64,000 nucleotides of DNA from Candidatus Bathyarchaeota archaeon (GCA_963768425.1 CAVYHV010000017.1:128001-192000); one strand, 5' to 3'; positions 31,180-43,451 are shown, numbered from the stretch's first letter. Made by a program: numbers and translations. The notes: generated from the letters alone by a model not told the origin.

Positions 31180-33516
31180 CTAGCCGACGTTAGTAACGCC
31201 TGTGCCTTTTGCGCCTGTTGCTGCGTAGTATGCTGGGTAGTTAACTTGGTATATTGCGACTAATGGCACTAGTCCGCCGTATTGGAATGGTGAAGTGCTT
31301 ATGCCTGCGATTTCTACTGGTGTGAAGTAGCTTGGCAAAGTTGCTTTCCAGCTTGTGGAGACGCTGAATCCAGCCTGAGTTAAAGCTCCCACATACTGTG
31401 ATGCAGCATCGTACATTAGCTCGTTTATTGTGCAGTTTTCTCCTTGGCTATTCCAACTCCAAGCTCCATTTGTGCTGCTGTAGTTGCCGAATGACGTTTC
31501 ATCTTTCCACTTTGTTAATCCGTTGCTCGTGCCCATATAGCCGTCGTTAATGTACATTTGCTCGTATGTTCCTGATATCCTTGCCATCCACACGAATTTG
31601 CCTTCGTCTCCGTATCCCGCCGGCGAAGCTGTGTAGGTGGTGCTACCACCGTTTGACTGCTGAATCGCCAAGACAAGGAACACGACCACGTAGTTTACGC
31701 GTCCTGGGTTGTCATAGTTTTCATAGTGGTTTAGCATCATCAATGATTGATTTTCGTTGCCCATCATTATGAGACCTACGTTAGCGATTTGCGTAGCATT
31801 GTATGTTGTGTTATCGCAAAGCGTAGTAACGTTTCCAATATCGCTTAACCAGTCGCCGTAATCCCACCAAGCAACGACAACACTATTTGCAGGAGCATTA
31901 CCCGGACTTTTGAACCAACTTAACGCGGAAGTCCATGCACTTACGGATTCCGTTAAACTTGTTCCGCCTATAGGTAGGCTGGATGCGCTGATAGCGGTGG
32001 GGATGAAAGATTGGTCGATGGATCTTGGGACTCCGCCTGTTTGGGGTGAGAAAGCAACCTCTGTCATTAGGATGAGGAATATGAGGAAGATTGCGACTCC
32101 GCTATACTCTTTGCTGACGCGTGCAAGTTTTCGTTTTGTTTTCGCTAGGCTGCGGGGCGATTCCTTGAGCAGAGTGTAGAATGGTTTGAGTACGCTTAAG
32201 ACACCTACTGCTGCTATGACGGCGAAAGCTGGAGCGAATATTGCAAGCAAACGAATCATTGATGCTGCAAAGAAGAGTGCTGTTACTGCAAAGATTATGA
32301 AGAAGACGTTTTTGGTCGTCGGGTTCCTCAGAATGAAATACAGTCCAACTAGGAAGAATAGTATGCCGACACCTAGTTCAAGGTAAACGTTTCCCCAAGC
32401 TGTAATTTGTTGTTCAGCTACTGAGTTGATGATGGGTGAAGAAGCCCTGATGAATGGGTCTAGCACTGTTTCGAATTTTCCTGTTATTCCAGCGCCGTTG
32501 ATGACTCCAGTTGCAACTAACCCGGCGAAGCCTCCGATAACCACAACCAATGCGCCTAATGCCATGGTTAGTTTGGTTCTCATAGAGAGGTTATAATGCA
32601 GAAGTTCTGCGATAAGAAGTACCACGAATCCGGCTGCGACAGGAAGGACTGCGCCTGAAGTCAAATACGACAACCCCATGTATGGGACTTTGGTTGCGAT
32701 CATCAGCGCTAAACCGAAAGTTATGCTATAGCTGAGGAGTAAGCGTTGGCTGTACCGTCGTAGCATAAGCATAACGAACGTGAATAGGACTGTTGCATCT
32801 ATCATGTAGTAGGCGCCTCCCCAGCCTGCGATGAAGTAAGCTAAGGTTGCTGCTGCACCAATGGAGTAAAGTATGGATGCCCGCAGGGACTTGTTGCTAT
32901 CAATTGACCTTAGAAACAGGAAGACAAAAAGTATCAGACCGATCGTGCCTGGAACCTGCGTGTCGAAAAACCCTAACGAAGTTCTTTCGATAATCGATGG
33001 TTCTAAAGCGATAAAAAGTGCGGAAAACAAGCCTACGGCTCTTCCGCCGATATCTTTGCCTAACAAGTACATCACGTAAACTGCAAGGACACCAATAGCA
33101 GGAGGAACCAATGCGCAAAGCGTTATCATATTAACGTTTGCGCCTAACGCATGGATTACGTCGTAGGCCACTGCTCCGGTTATTGGTATTGAAGGCAGTG
33201 CTGTAGCCATGTTAAGTCCAAAAGGATACCATAGTTGGTTGTTTATCCAGTGAGTAGGCCAGTAAGGCGAAAGCAAACCATGGGTAACCATGTATTGCGT
33301 CACCGTAAACTGATAGTAGGGATCGAATTCGTTTAGCGTTGTAGTTCCCGATGCAAGGTTTTCCCAACGCAGCGGCAAAATGCGGATAACAAACGAAACA
33401 AACAGAATTAGCGCTAGCGCAGAATATGCAATTATCGTGCCGTGACTAACTTCAAGACGTAGTCTGCTAAAAGGTGCTAGCCTTTTACTAAGCCGGTCTT
33501 TAATTCCTTCCCCCAC
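31180..33516 (-). CDS. aglB: Oligosaccharyltransferase AglB/STT3
   Basis: EFDPYY, GFFD, SVAEQ, WWDYG, DNTT, DEGK; multi-TM. Confidence 0.95.
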   Translation of the reverse strand: MGEGIKDRLSKRLAPFSRLRLEVSHGTIIAYSALALILFVSFVIRILPLRWENLASGTTTLNEFDPYYQFTVTQYMVTHGLLSPYWPTHWINNQLWYPFGLNMATALPSIPITGAVAYDVIHALGANVNMITLCALVPPAIGVLAVYVMYLLGKDIGGRAVGLFSALFIALEPSIIERTSLGFFDTQVPGTIGLILFVFLFLRSIDSNKSLRASILYSIGAAATLAYFIAGWGGAYYMIDATVLFTFVMLMLRRYSQRLLLSYSITFGLALMIATKVPYMGLSYLTSGAVLPVAAGFVVLLIAELLHYNLSMRTKLTMALGALVVVIGGFAGLVATGVINGAGITGKFETVLDPFIRASSPIINSVAEQQITAWGNVYLELGVGILFFLVGLYFILRNPTTKNVFFIIFAVTALFFAASMIRLLAIFAPAFAVIAAVGVLSVLKPFYTLLKESPRSLAKTKRKLARVSKEYSGVAIFLIFLILMTEVAFSPQTGGVPRSIDQSFIPTAISASSLPIGGTSLTESVSAWTSALSWFKSPGNAPANSVVVAWWDYGDWLSDIGNVTTLCDNTTYNATQIANVGLIMMGNENQSLMMLNHYENYDNPGRVNYVVVFLVLAIQQSNGGSTTYTASPAGYGDEGKFVWMARISGTYEQMYINDGYMGTSNGLTKWKDETSFGNYSSTNGAWSWNSQGENCTINELMYDAASQYVGALTQAGFSVSTSWKATLPSYFTPVEIAGISTSPFQYGGLVPLVAIYQVNYPAYYAATGAKGTGVTNVG

Positions 33517-33857
33517 TTTAAGCCATCCTTGTACAGCGATTGATTACTCGTTTGTTAATTCTTTACTTATACACATTGGAGGTTTATTTATGGCTTTCCA
33601 AAATGCATCAATATGGATTTGAAGACTGCGTGGCTTAGAGGAAGCAACAATTTAAACAAATGATTAGATTCTGCATGGTTTTTCCAGTCAAAACAGCCAT
33701 AAGGACAGCGGAAGGAAGACAGAAAACGATGCAGCGAGAAGCCAAAAGAGGAAAAACACGTACCTGCAACTATTTGAAGCTAAACAGAAGAAGAATTTGC
33801 GCATCCTGGTTGTACTCTTATTTAGAGGCACTGTATCTTGTTCTGTCGTGAAGACAT

Positions 33858-35216
33858 TTGTTGAAGGATGCTTGGACAGTCGCCATTGAAACCTTAAGCT
33901 GGATGGAAATGCAGAAGCTAAGCGAACACTTAGCGCTCGCAAGAACCATCAATCAACTTGGCGTAAAAGACCCAAACGCCATACGCTATGCCTATGGTCT
34001 CGTTGTCGAAACCATACGACGCCGAAATCTAATAGACAAATTCGTAAACACTGTGGTTGTGCCCAAAAAAATCAGCGACTACAACCTTGGGATCCAAAGC
34101 TTCCTTCGGCTCTACGTTTACCAGACCCGCATGACGAAGAACTGGGGAAAAGTCAACCTTCAAGAAGCCCAACACATTGCCAGCATGGGCAGAGCCATCC
34201 TCGGATGGGAAATCCTACGGGAAGTCGAGCAGTACCTCGGGTTTCTGCTCACACGCCAACTGCAGCCTATCCTTGAGGCAGCAAGCGACGAAGAACAGGT
34301 CAGCCTTGAAACTTTTCATCCCATATGGTTCGTCAGGTACTGCTTCAACCTTATGGGACGCAACGAGGCCATTGCGTTTCTGCAGGGAAGTATGAACCCG
34401 CCGCCCACCTACCTTCGAGTCAACACGTTAAAGTCAACCGAAGAAGCCATTGTGCAAAAATTAGATGTTGCAGGCGTCAAACTGGAAAAAGCATCGCCTC
34501 TGAAGTTCACGTATAAAGTATGCGAAACCAAGCAGCCACTGAACAGTTTATCCAGCTATAAAGAAGGATTATTCTATGTCCAGGACAAAGCAAGTTGCTT
34601 CGCAACAGAAGCCGCCGACCCTAAAGAAGGCAGCATTGTCTTCGACATATGCGCTGCTCCGGGCGCCAAAACCACCTATCTCGCCCAGCAGATGCGAAAC
34701 AACGGCGACATCTACTCCGTGGATTTTTCAGGCCGAAGGATGCAGACGTGGAAGCTGGAAACTAACCGCATGGGAACCAAAATTGCCGAGCCTGTTATTG
34801 CCAGCGCATGTGTCAGCCTGCCATTTTGGGGCGAAGCAAACCTGATTGTTCTGGATCCGCCATGCACGGGCACAGGGATCTTCGCAAAACAGCCCTCAGC
34901 CAAATGGCGCATCACTTCAAAATCTATCAGCAAAATGGCAGATATTCAATGGCAAATGATCAACAACTGCGCGGAAAAAGTGGCGGCGGGGGGGGTCATG
35001 ATTTATTCAACGTGTAGCATAACAGTCGAGGAAAATGAGATGATTGTTGAGAGGTTCCTGAAAGATCACCCCGAGTTTAGCTTGGCAGAAATCAAGCCAG
35101 AACTGGGGTCACCAGGATTGCGTGGATTAAGCCAATGCCAGCGGCTTTACCCGCACATTCATCAATGCAACGGATTCTTCATAGCAAAACTACAAAAAGA
35201 GAAAAAAACCGGTTAG
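33858..35216 (+). CDS. RsmB/NOP2-family RNA m5C methyltransferase with NusB-like N-terminus
   Basis: QDKAS, DICAAPGAKT, DPPCTGTG, YSTCS, GFFIAKL. Confidence 0.92.
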   Translation: MLKDAWTVAIETLSWMEMQKLSEHLALARTINQLGVKDPNAIRYAYGLVVETIRRRNLIDKFVNTVVVPKKISDYNLGIQSFLRLYVYQTRMTKNWGKVNLQEAQHIASMGRAILGWEILREVEQYLGFLLTRQLQPILEAASDEEQVSLETFHPIWFVRYCFNLMGRNEAIAFLQGSMNPPPTYLRVNTLKSTEEAIVQKLDVAGVKLEKASPLKFTYKVCETKQPLNSLSSYKEGLFYVQDKASCFATEAADPKEGSIVFDICAAPGAKTTYLAQQMRNNGDIYSVDFSGRRMQTWKLETNRMGTKIAEPVIASACVSLPFWGEANLIVLDPPCTGTGIFAKQPSAKWRITSKSISKMADIQWQMINNCAEKVAAGGVMIYSTCSITVEENEMIVERFLKDHPEFSLAEIKPELGSPGLRGLSQCQRLYPHIHQCNGFFIAKLQKEKKTG

Positions 35217-35800
35217 AGCTTCGGTTCCGAAATCGCATAGTGTTCCGCTGAGGAGTTTCCTTGGTGAATAAGGGGTAGGTTATTTTTGTTCCTTCAACCT
35301 GAGCCATCTCGCTTACCTCGTGGTTGATGAGGCTGGTTACGCTTATGATGTGCTGCACTTTTATGTGCCGAACCACGAGGGCATCTGAGATAAGACTTCG
35401 GTGGCATCGCCAAGGCAACGCTTCAGCGCACATCAGCGCCAAGAGGTTTTCCTGTGCGAGGGCGATGATTTTTAACAGGTTTTCGGTGAATTCTTTGGTT
35501 TGCATGAAATCGGCGTAGCCTCGGAAACCCATGTTTTTCCAAGCGAGGTTAATGGAGTCATGTTTGGGTCTGCGTAAGCCGCCGATTTCTGGCATATGGA
35601 TGTATCTTATGCCCTCTGAGTTTGAGGCTGCCAGGCAGTGTTTCCTTGTTGAACTGTGGGTTGTGCCTGCTGCGAGGAACCGTACGCACATCAACTACTA
35701 AGGTCACGCGGTAGGTTTTGAGCAAAACGATAACCTCGTCAAGCGTTCGTGTTGAGTGCCCGATCGTGAAGAGGGTTAACTGCGTCTCCTTAGACAACAA
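35179..35800 (-). CDS. DUF488 family protein (frameshift ~35630)
   Basis: FTIGHSTR, DVRTVPRSR, MCAEALPWRCHRSLI. Confidence 0.85.
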
Positions 35801-35866
35801 GGTACCTCAGCAGGACTTATGCTTGTGTTGAAATATAAGAATTCAATACTTAGAATGCCAGGCACA

Positions 35867-36775
35867 TTAGGCGTCATATTTTTTTCTTGATTTTTCCAAT
35901 TGGCAAAGCATTTCGCATATTACTTTTGCCGCTGCAATCGCAGAGATTCCCTGATCATAGGTGGGCACAACCTCAACCAAGTCAAAGCCGAGCACCCGTT
36001 TATCGCATAGGGCACACACAAGGTCTATGAGCTGGGTCGTGCTGATTCCTTCGGGTTCAGGGTTCTGCACTGCCGGCGCAAACGCTGGATCAAGCACATC
36101 CATATCCACTGTCAAATACAGGTTCTCGTACGGCAGAAGCTTCTCTTTGAGCTGTTCCCCAATGAGCAGTGAACCTTGCGTGATAATTTCTCGGGAAGTA
36201 AAAAAGTCCACATGGGCTTTCTTCGCGTAAGCCAACTCTTCCTTGCAGGCACTGCGAGTGCCAACCTCAACGATTTTAGCTGGCTTGACTTCCTCGCTTA
36301 TCAGCTGCATAAATGTCGTGTGAGAAAGGGTTGAACCAAGAAATTCACAGCGCAAATCTAGATGGGCATCGAAGCTTACAATAGCCGTTTTAGCAGCCTT
36401 TGCGCCTAATCCCTTCGCAGCCCCAAGCGTAACCGTGTGTTCCCCGCCCAAAGCGACAGGCAACTTCCCAGCCGCCAAAATCTCATCCGACACAAGGCGG
36501 GTCATGTCGACGGTTTTCTGCGCTTCCATGGAAACGGCCAAGTCGCCTGCGTCATGCAATGCTAAATCTTCAACGTCGACCCCGCTGCGGAAACTGTAAG
36601 TTTCGATATTCAAAGAGGCCTGCCTAATCGCCGCTGGAGCAAACCTTGCGCCGTTGCGGTAAGTGCTTGTTGCATCGAAGGGAACACCGAAAACCACGTA
36701 TTTCGCCTCTTCAAATGGCTTCTGGACGCCACTAAAAACATTGGTTTGAGAAGCGAACAATTCGAGATAACTCAT
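35867..36775 (-). CDS. speB: Agmatinase
   Basis: GGEHT, DAHLDL, DMDVLDPAFAP. Confidence 0.92.
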   Translation of the reverse strand: MSYLELFASQTNVFSGVQKPFEEAKYVVFGVPFDATSTYRNGARFAPAAIRQASLNIETYSFRSGVDVEDLALHDAGDLAVSMEAQKTVDMTRLVSDEILAAGKLPVALGGEHTVTLGAAKGLGAKAAKTAIVSFDAHLDLRCEFLGSTLSHTTFMQLISEEVKPAKIVEVGTRSACKEELAYAKKAHVDFFTSREIITQGSLLIGEQLKEKLLPYENLYLTVDMDVLDPAFAPAVQNPEPEGISTTQLIDLVCALCDKRVLGFDLVEVVPTYDQGISAIAAAKVICEMLCQLEKSRKKYDA

Positions 36776-37252
36776 GCTACAATCGACCCTCTGCCACGTG
36801 TTATTGCGTCAAGACTTGTTCTAAACTTTTTCGCTATGACCTATTTTTAACGACTCAAAGCTTAGGGAAAAGCGTACTTTGCGAGGGAACACTTCATTCT
36901 TTGGAGAGAGTAATGGGATTACTTTCGATTTAGAAATGCCGTTGGATATTTTTAACCCGTCAGATTATATTGGCTCCATTCAAGATAAGCACCCTTAGTT
37001 TACCTGATAGCTCTTGTCGGCTTCCCGAACACTTTGCTTATACTAGTCGGGCGTCATCGTAAGGATCGGTAGATTCGCTTCCCAATTTTCCAAAATTACC
37101 ATTCTGCCATAGTTTTCATGGTTGAATTATCTGCTGCCTTCTTGATAATGAAAAGAAAGTTTACCTCAAAGGTAACGGACTACCTTGCTCTTTCCCGCAC
37201 TGCAAAACTTATTAATTCAACCCTGAATGCATTAGGTAAAGGCGAGCAAAAA

Positions 37253-37609
37253 GTGACTTTGGCATTAGCGTCTAGACTGAAAGACTTCAACCGCATCGAA
37301 ATCATATCGTTAGCTTTCTACGCGCTTAGCGGATTAATCCTTCTCATTTCCCTGCCCTTCACAGACTACGCACCGCAACTTGGGCTTCTGGGAATCCTGA
37401 GCCTAATCGTGGCTTACGGCGTCTTCACAAAACGGTTTTGGGCTCCATACTTAGTATTTGTCCTGTTCGTAGCTGCATCAACTTTCGCACTCTACACGTT
37501 GATCGTAGCAGGATTCACCAACGTATTGGTTGGCTTGAGCATGCTTGGCTACCTAGTGCTTACCTGGGTGTTTGCTATTTACTTGTTACTGATAAGAAGA
37601 AAACCCTAA
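37253..37609 (+). CDS. Four-TM hypothetical membrane protein
   Basis: Hydrophobic ORF; likely GTG start within 37118..37609. Confidence 0.6.
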   Translation: MTLALASRLKDFNRIEIISLAFYALSGLILLISLPFTDYAPQLGLLGILSLIVAYGVFTKRFWAPYLVFVLFVAASTFALYTLIVAGFTNVLVGLSMLGYLVLTWVFAIYLLLIRRKP

Positions 37610-37925
37610 ACCTAAAATTTTTTGAAACAATCCAATTATTGCCCTTCAACAAGAGTGTGATTTTGACGCACGAGCCATTATAGTTCGGGCGTTCTATTTT
37701 AGCAGTGGATTTGAATGCACGTAATATCCCCAAATAAGCGTAGAGAACAAGGAAACTTGAAAGAGTTAATTAACTAGAACTTGCCGATTCGCAAAAACTA
37801 ATTTGTTCAAGCAAGCCATCGCTTACTTTGATGAATAATTTCAAAAAGCAAAAAGTTATTGAGACCCATAACCGTTCTTAACAAACTCAGCTTACGATAA
37901 AGAAAAAAAGAGCCCTTTGCTCAGC

Positions 37926-39177
37926 CTACACTTTTCCTGCAACGTTGCGAAACAGAAACACCAGCACTTCTTGGTCTGAGTCAACAAACTGCTCATTTTC
38001 AGGAATTTCCACGAATCCATCAGCCTTCGCCAAGGTGGTGATTGCCCCTGAAGCACCTGATTCTACGGGTTCAGCAATCAAACGGCAGTTTTTGTTAAAC
38101 ATCAACCTCACCATAACAAAAGTACGCCTGCCTTTTGCACTAAACATGCGCGAACCAGCAGCTGCTCTAATCGTTTTCATTGCGCCGACAGGTCTTCCAG
38201 CTAACTGCTGAATCAAAGGTCTAGCAAGCAAATAGAAAATCAGAAGTGCTGAAGTGGGGTGACCTGGCAAAGAAAAGACGGGTTTTTCTCCGATGAATGC
38301 AATGGTGGTTGGTTTTCCAGGCTTAACTGCGATACCGTAGACTACGATACCTGGTTTGCCCAATGAATCTACTATTTGCGGAGTATAGTCCCGTGGACCT
38401 ACAGAGACGCCGCCGGAGGTGATGACCATGTCGGCTGAAGCCAATGCTAAATGCAAAGCCTTAGACAATGCCTCTTTGTCATCGGGGACTACACCGAAAT
38501 AGACGGGTTTGCCGCCGCTTTCCGTTACAGCTGTGGAGATGCTGTAGGCATTGATGTCGTAGATTTTACCTGGCGGAAGGGGCTTGCCGGGCTCGGTTAC
38601 TTCGCCACCTGTCGACAAAACAGCAATCATAGGGATCCTGTGATACCTGAACTTTGGTCAAACCTAAAGCGGCTAAAACACCGATTTCTGAAGAACCTAA
38701 AAGCTGTCCTTTCTTAAGAACTGCCTCGCCCTTCTTGATATCTGAGCCGCATTTCATAACGTTCTCGTTAGGGGTGATGGGCGTGAAAACATGCAGTTCG
38801 CTGTCTTCCCGCTCTGTGTCCTCAACCATAACCACAGCGTTGGCCCCCTCAGGAATCGGCGCTCCAGTGACAATTTCAACCGCCTCACCCTTTGCGACGT
38901 TAACCTTAGGCTGTTCCCCGATGTTTACGACTCCACAGACTTTGAGGGTTGCAGGCTGGTTTTCGTCTGCTCCGAAGGTGTCTTCGGCTTTCACTGCGTA
39001 ACCGTCCATTGTAGAGCGGCTAAACGGCGGAATATCTAGCGTTGAAACCACATCTTCAGCCAAAACCCGATTGTATGCTTCAAGCAACACCGCCTCTTCC
39101 TCGCCCAGAGCTGATGGCTTAAATTGAGATGCGATGGCTCTTTGTGCTTCCTCAAACGTCATAAGCTTCCTAAACAT
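37926..39177 (-). CDS. moeA: Molybdopterin molybdotransferase MoeA (frameshift ~38640)
   Basis: STMDGYAV, TGAPIP, SGGVSVG, KPGKP, LPGHP. Confidence 0.92.
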
Positions 39178-40425
39178 TTACACAGCCTCCACTGTGCCAA
39201 ACATTTGCACAATTACTGTTTCGCCTTCGCTTACGCCTTCACGGTTCTCTGGAACGACAACGAAGCCGTTGCTCTGTGTCATGGTAGAAATCGAACCTGA
39301 ACCCTTCGCGCTCACAGGCTCAGCGTAAAACTCCCCATCATTCAAGGTCACATGGACCCGAACGTACGTTTTTCGTCCCAAGGCGCTTGAAACCCGTCTC
39401 GTCAAAACTGCCTTCAACATGGGTCTTGGCTCCGAGTCAACCATGCCGAGCAACCTACAAACCATCGGACGACCGAATACTTCGAAGCCTACAATTGCAG
39501 CAACAGGGTTACCTGACAAAATTAAAACAGGTTTGCCTTCCAACATTGAAAGAGCCGTGGGCATAGCAGGTCTAAGCGCAACGCCATGAACAACCACGCC
39601 AGGCTTTCCCAGCTTGTTGACAGCATCAGGCACCAAGTCAAAACCACCGACGCTTGTGCCGCCAGTTGTGATTACAGCATCCTGCGTTTTTAGCGCCTCG
39701 CGGATTTTTTCGGCGATTTCATCCAAATTGTCTTTTGCGATTCCATAGTCGGTTGTTTCTGCTCCGAGTTCTCGGCATACTCCTGAAATCATGATCTTGT
39801 TGGAGTCATAAATTAGGCTGCCGCTAAGTTTTGCTCCGGGCTCTGCCAATTCGTTTCCTGTGGCGACTATGCCGATTTTGGGTTTCGCGGCAACTTGTAG
39901 TTGGCTGAAGCCTAACGCTGCAGCTAACCCGATGTGGTAGGGATTCAATCGTGCCCCAGCCTTTGCGATGATAGCGCCTTTTTTGAGGTCTTCCCCAACT
40001 TTGGCAACGTTTTCGCCTGGCAAAAGTCGACCCCAAACCTCAAGGTTGCCCTCTTCTTTCTCAGTGTTTTCTAGCATGACGACGGCGTCTGCTCCTTTAG
40101 GAATTGGGTTTCCCGTCCAAATCGGCTTGGCTTGTTTGGGGCCTATCTCTTGGCTGTCTGTGAGTAAGAAACCTGCGGGTTTAGATTGTGAAGCGCCAAT
40201 TGAATCTGCCGAACTCAAGGCATATCCATCCATTGCTGACTTGTCAAACCGCGGCAGACTTTCCTCGGCAATGATGTCTTCAGCTAAAACCCGTCCTAAC
40301 GCATCCTGCAAAGACACCGGTTCGACCTTCGGTTTGCCAATCCGCAGCGTTTCAAGCCAAGTTTGCAGGGCTTGGTCCGTAAAGGTTAGTTTTTGGAATC
40401 CTTTGAGTTTCACCACGCCTATCAC
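39178..40425 (-). CDS. moeA: Molybdopterin molybdotransferase MoeA paralog
   Basis: SAMDGYA, TGNPIP, TGNEL, TGGTSVG, SGNPV. Confidence 0.93.
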   Translation of the reverse strand: MIGVVKLKGFQKLTFTDQALQTWLETLRIGKPKVEPVSLQDALGRVLAEDIIAEESLPRFDKSAMDGYALSSADSIGASQSKPAGFLLTDSQEIGPKQAKPIWTGNPIPKGADAVVMLENTEKEEGNLEVWGRLLPGENVAKVGEDLKKGAIIAKAGARLNPYHIGLAAALGFSQLQVAAKPKIGIVATGNELAEPGAKLSGSLIYDSNKIMISGVCRELGAETTDYGIAKDNLDEIAEKIREALKTQDAVITTGGTSVGGFDLVPDAVNKLGKPGVVVHGVALRPAMPTALSMLEGKPVLILSGNPVAAIVGFEVFGRPMVCRLLGMVDSEPRPMLKAVLTRRVSSALGRKTYVRVHVTLNDGEFYAEPVSAKGSGSISTMTQSNGFVVVPENREGVSEGETVIVQMFGTVEAV

Positions 40426-40484
40426 GGTAGGACAGTAGCGAACTTCACGTAAAAAACATATCGAAACAAAAAAGCCTAATTAGC

Positions 40485-41018
40485 CTAGGACACTGTACCT
40501 GATTTATCTTTTGGCTGTGCCTGTTCGGCCATCTGCTTAAGAAACGTTTTTATGCCTTCTTGTTGCCCGTAAACTACTAGTCGCCCGTCTTTTTGCTGGT
40601 TCACTGAAAGGCTGTTTTCCTTGGCAATCACGGTAAGCTTCTCGGCAGACAAGTTGGGCATAGGTTCAACTCTTATCCACTTCTGGTCTCTTGGAATTCC
40701 TGTGATAAGGGTTGATTCGATTTCCCCTTTTGGTTCATAGGTTGGCAAGCTAGCTTCGTCAAGCCGCTTGAGCCATTCATCGACCTCTTCTGAACTCATG
40801 GCGATTTCTGTTTGTGTAATAAGCAGCGATTCGACGCTGCCAAGGATCTCTTCCAGCTTCAAGGCAACGTCACCCGTGCTTACTCCTGCGTCTGCGATTT
40901 TGATCATCATCTTCGCACTTCTTAAATCATTAATTACGTTCGGTGGAGCGTCGTAGCCTTTTTTCCGCAGTGCCAACATCAAGTCTTCAAGCACCTTCCA
41001 CTTCTCAGTGTAGCCCAT
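40485..41018 (-). CDS. DUF2096-like archaeal protein
   Basis: WKVLEDLMLALRKKG..INDLRSAK pattern. Confidence 0.6.
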   Translation of the reverse strand: MGYTEKWKVLEDLMLALRKKGYDAPPNVINDLRSAKMMIKIADAGVSTGDVALKLEEILGSVESLLITQTEIAMSSEEVDEWLKRLDEASLPTYEPKGEIESTLITGIPRDQKWIRVEPMPNLSAEKLTVIAKENSLSVNQQKDGRLVVYGQQEGIKTFLKQMAEQAQPKDKSGTVS

Positions 41019-41201
41019 CAACATCCTCAACTATTCTATGGTTAAAAGTGACCTTAAAACCTTGCTTTATTATTTTGGAAAGGAATAAATTCTCTAGTTT
41101 TTGATATATTTGCAGAGGTAACGGTTTTGTTTGAAGATGAGAGATTTCGGAGTCCCATGCAGAAGTGCCAGCGTCAGCAGTAAACGTGAGGTGGACAGGA
41201 C

Positions 41202-42574
41202 ATGAGGCTTCAAGTGATTAAGTCGGAGGGGTTAGCGCACAACAGCTACTTCCTGGCAGACAAAGGCGAAGCAGTTGTAGTTGACCCAAGACGCGACTGC
41301 GAAATCTACACGGAGCTTGCTAAGGAGGAATGCGTATCCATTCGCTATATCCTTGAAACCCACCGTAACGAAGACTATGTCTCGGGCGCAGTTGAGTTGA
41401 AAAACTTGACTGAAGCAGAAATCGGGCACAGCAATGCTCTGCAGTTCAAGTGCGGAGAGCATAACCTCTCCGACGGCGACATCCTAAATCTTGGCGACGT
41501 CAAAATCAAAGCGCTCCACACTCCGGGACACACAAACGAATCCCTTTGCTACCTCATTTACCTATAGGCAGCAGCGAGGCAACCATGATATTCAGCGGCG
41601 ACACACTTTTTGCTGGCTCCGTGGGAAGAACCGACCTATACGGCAAACCTACACTACAAAGTCAGGCTGAAAAACTCTTCACGAGCCTCCACGAAAAAAT
41701 TTTGCCACTTGGCGACCATGTTGTTGTTTACCCCGCGCATGGAGCGGGAAGCATCTGTGGACATGACATAAGCGGGCAGGAGCCAACAACTATTGGGTAC
41801 GAGAAAAAAACCAACCCATACCTTCAACTAACAATGGAAGATTTCCTGTACAAATCCTCCTCAGAAGAACTTTTTGCGCCGAAGTATTTTCGCGAAATGG
41901 AAGAATATAACCTGAACGGACCGCCCTTGCTGAGCAAGCTGGCTTACCCCGAGCCTTTTTCGCTTCAGGAGTTTGAAGAGAAAATGCAGGAAAGCTTCGT
42001 CGTAGCAATGGACACTAGGATGCCTTACGCCTTTGCAGGTTCACATATTTCCAACTCGCTGAGTATGTGGCTTGGCGGAACCAGCGTATACCCTGGTTGG
42101 TTACTGGAAACCCGTCAATACCTAGTTTTTGTTCATGAACGACCAAGCGACATCGACATTGTTGCACGGAGACTCCGGAGACTCGGGTTTGACAACATGT
42201 GCGGTTACCTTTGCGGAGGCATGAACGAGTGGCAAGAAGCTGGAAAACCTCTAAGTCGAAGTGGCACAATATCGGCGCTTGAGCTTAAAACAAGACTGAA
42301 CAAAGACGAGGTTTCCCTTTTAGATGTTCGTGAACCAAGTGAATGGAGGGAAGAAGGCACAGTAGAAGGCGCCATGCGAATTTTCTTCGCTGACCTACCA
42401 GAAAAAGCGGATATCCTCTCAAGGGACAAGCCCATTGCTGTGACATGCTCAGTGGGAAACCGCGCCAGCACAGCCGTCAGCATACTGCAACGGGCAGACT
42501 TCAGCAACGTTAGCAACGTGTTGGGCGGCATGACCGCTTGGACAAACCTTGGCTACTCGACCAAGAAAGGTTAA
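41202..42574 (+). CDS. MBL-fold hydrolase fused to two rhodanese domains (frameshift ~41565)
   Basis: THRNED, HTPGHT, GDTLF, PAHGAG; DVREPSEW, CSVGNRA. Confidence 0.88.
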
Positions 42575-42590
42575 ACCCATTTGCGTTAGC

Positions 42591-43322
42591 TTATTCTGCT
42601 TTTTCCTCAATCATTGCCTTTGCCATTCGGCTGAGTTTATCCTTTGGCTCCAACAGCTCTTGAACGAGTTTAAATTGTCGCTTGTAGATGTGGCAGTTCT
42701 TGGAGTGAAAAATCAGCTTGCCTGTTCTTATGGAAAGATTTCCGCGGTCGTTGATTTCCGCCACGAAAGCCTCGTTGAATAGTTGGAGTCCAGCTATGTT
42801 TGCAGGTAGTCCAGCATAGGCATCCCAGCTGCGGAAGTAGCATGTTAGATGCATTTTGCCTTCAAGGATCTCTGTGTCGATTAGACTTAGACATGGGGGT
42901 TCGTGACGCTCGGTTGTGCCGTGGCGAAAAAGTTTGATGTCGTCGGGCAATCTTACAACCATTGTAATTTGCCTGTCTCTTTGCTCTTTCATGTAGCGTT
43001 TAATGGCTTCTTCAACTTGATCAACCGGTTCTCGAAGCCTGCTGCCATAAGTGTAGGTTTCATCCTGCTTACCTTCGCCGCACCATAAATACGTCAACGC
43101 ATACCACTGGATGTATTTCATGTCGCAAGGAGCTTTGTCGCTCACAAGGGGACGGTTCTCTGGATGGTCAATCTCCAGCGTTAAATTGAGTTTCTTCGTG
43201 AGGGTTTCCTCTGACCCGTACCCAACTTGGAAATCGTCTCCTTCAGCCCATATACTGGTTAAAGCTTTGAACCAAGCGTCAGGGCAGTCAAACGCCGTTA
43301 TTTTAACGTGCTTCATATGCAA
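42591..43322 (-). CDS. thyA: Archaeal thymidylate synthase
   Basis: YTYGSRL, PPCL, FRSWD, PAN, HIY. Confidence 0.8.
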   Translation of the reverse strand: MHMKHVKITAFDCPDAWFKALTSIWAEGDDFQVGYGSEETLTKKLNLTLEIDHPENRPLVSDKAPCDMKYIQWYALTYLWCGEGKQDETYTYGSRLREPVDQVEEAIKRYMKEQRDRQITMVVRLPDDIKLFRHGTTERHEPPCLSLIDTEILEGKMHLTCYFRSWDAYAGLPANIAGLQLFNEAFVAEINDRGNLSIRTGKLIFHSKNCHIYKRQFKLVQELLEPKDKLSRMAKAMIEEKAE

Positions 43323-43451
43323 GCCTCCAAGACACGAAATAATGTTTAGCCGATTCGAATATAAGTTTGCACTTTAAGAGGGCACATAAGTTAGAAGCAA
43401 ACTCAAAACTTGTTCTAAAAACTAAAAAAATAAAGAAGAAAGTTGGGTTTT

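Noticed and set aside
36780-37250. Long intergenic region possibly hiding an RNA gene or gene remnant
   Set aside because: No convincing ORF, tRNA fold or repeat found by eye.
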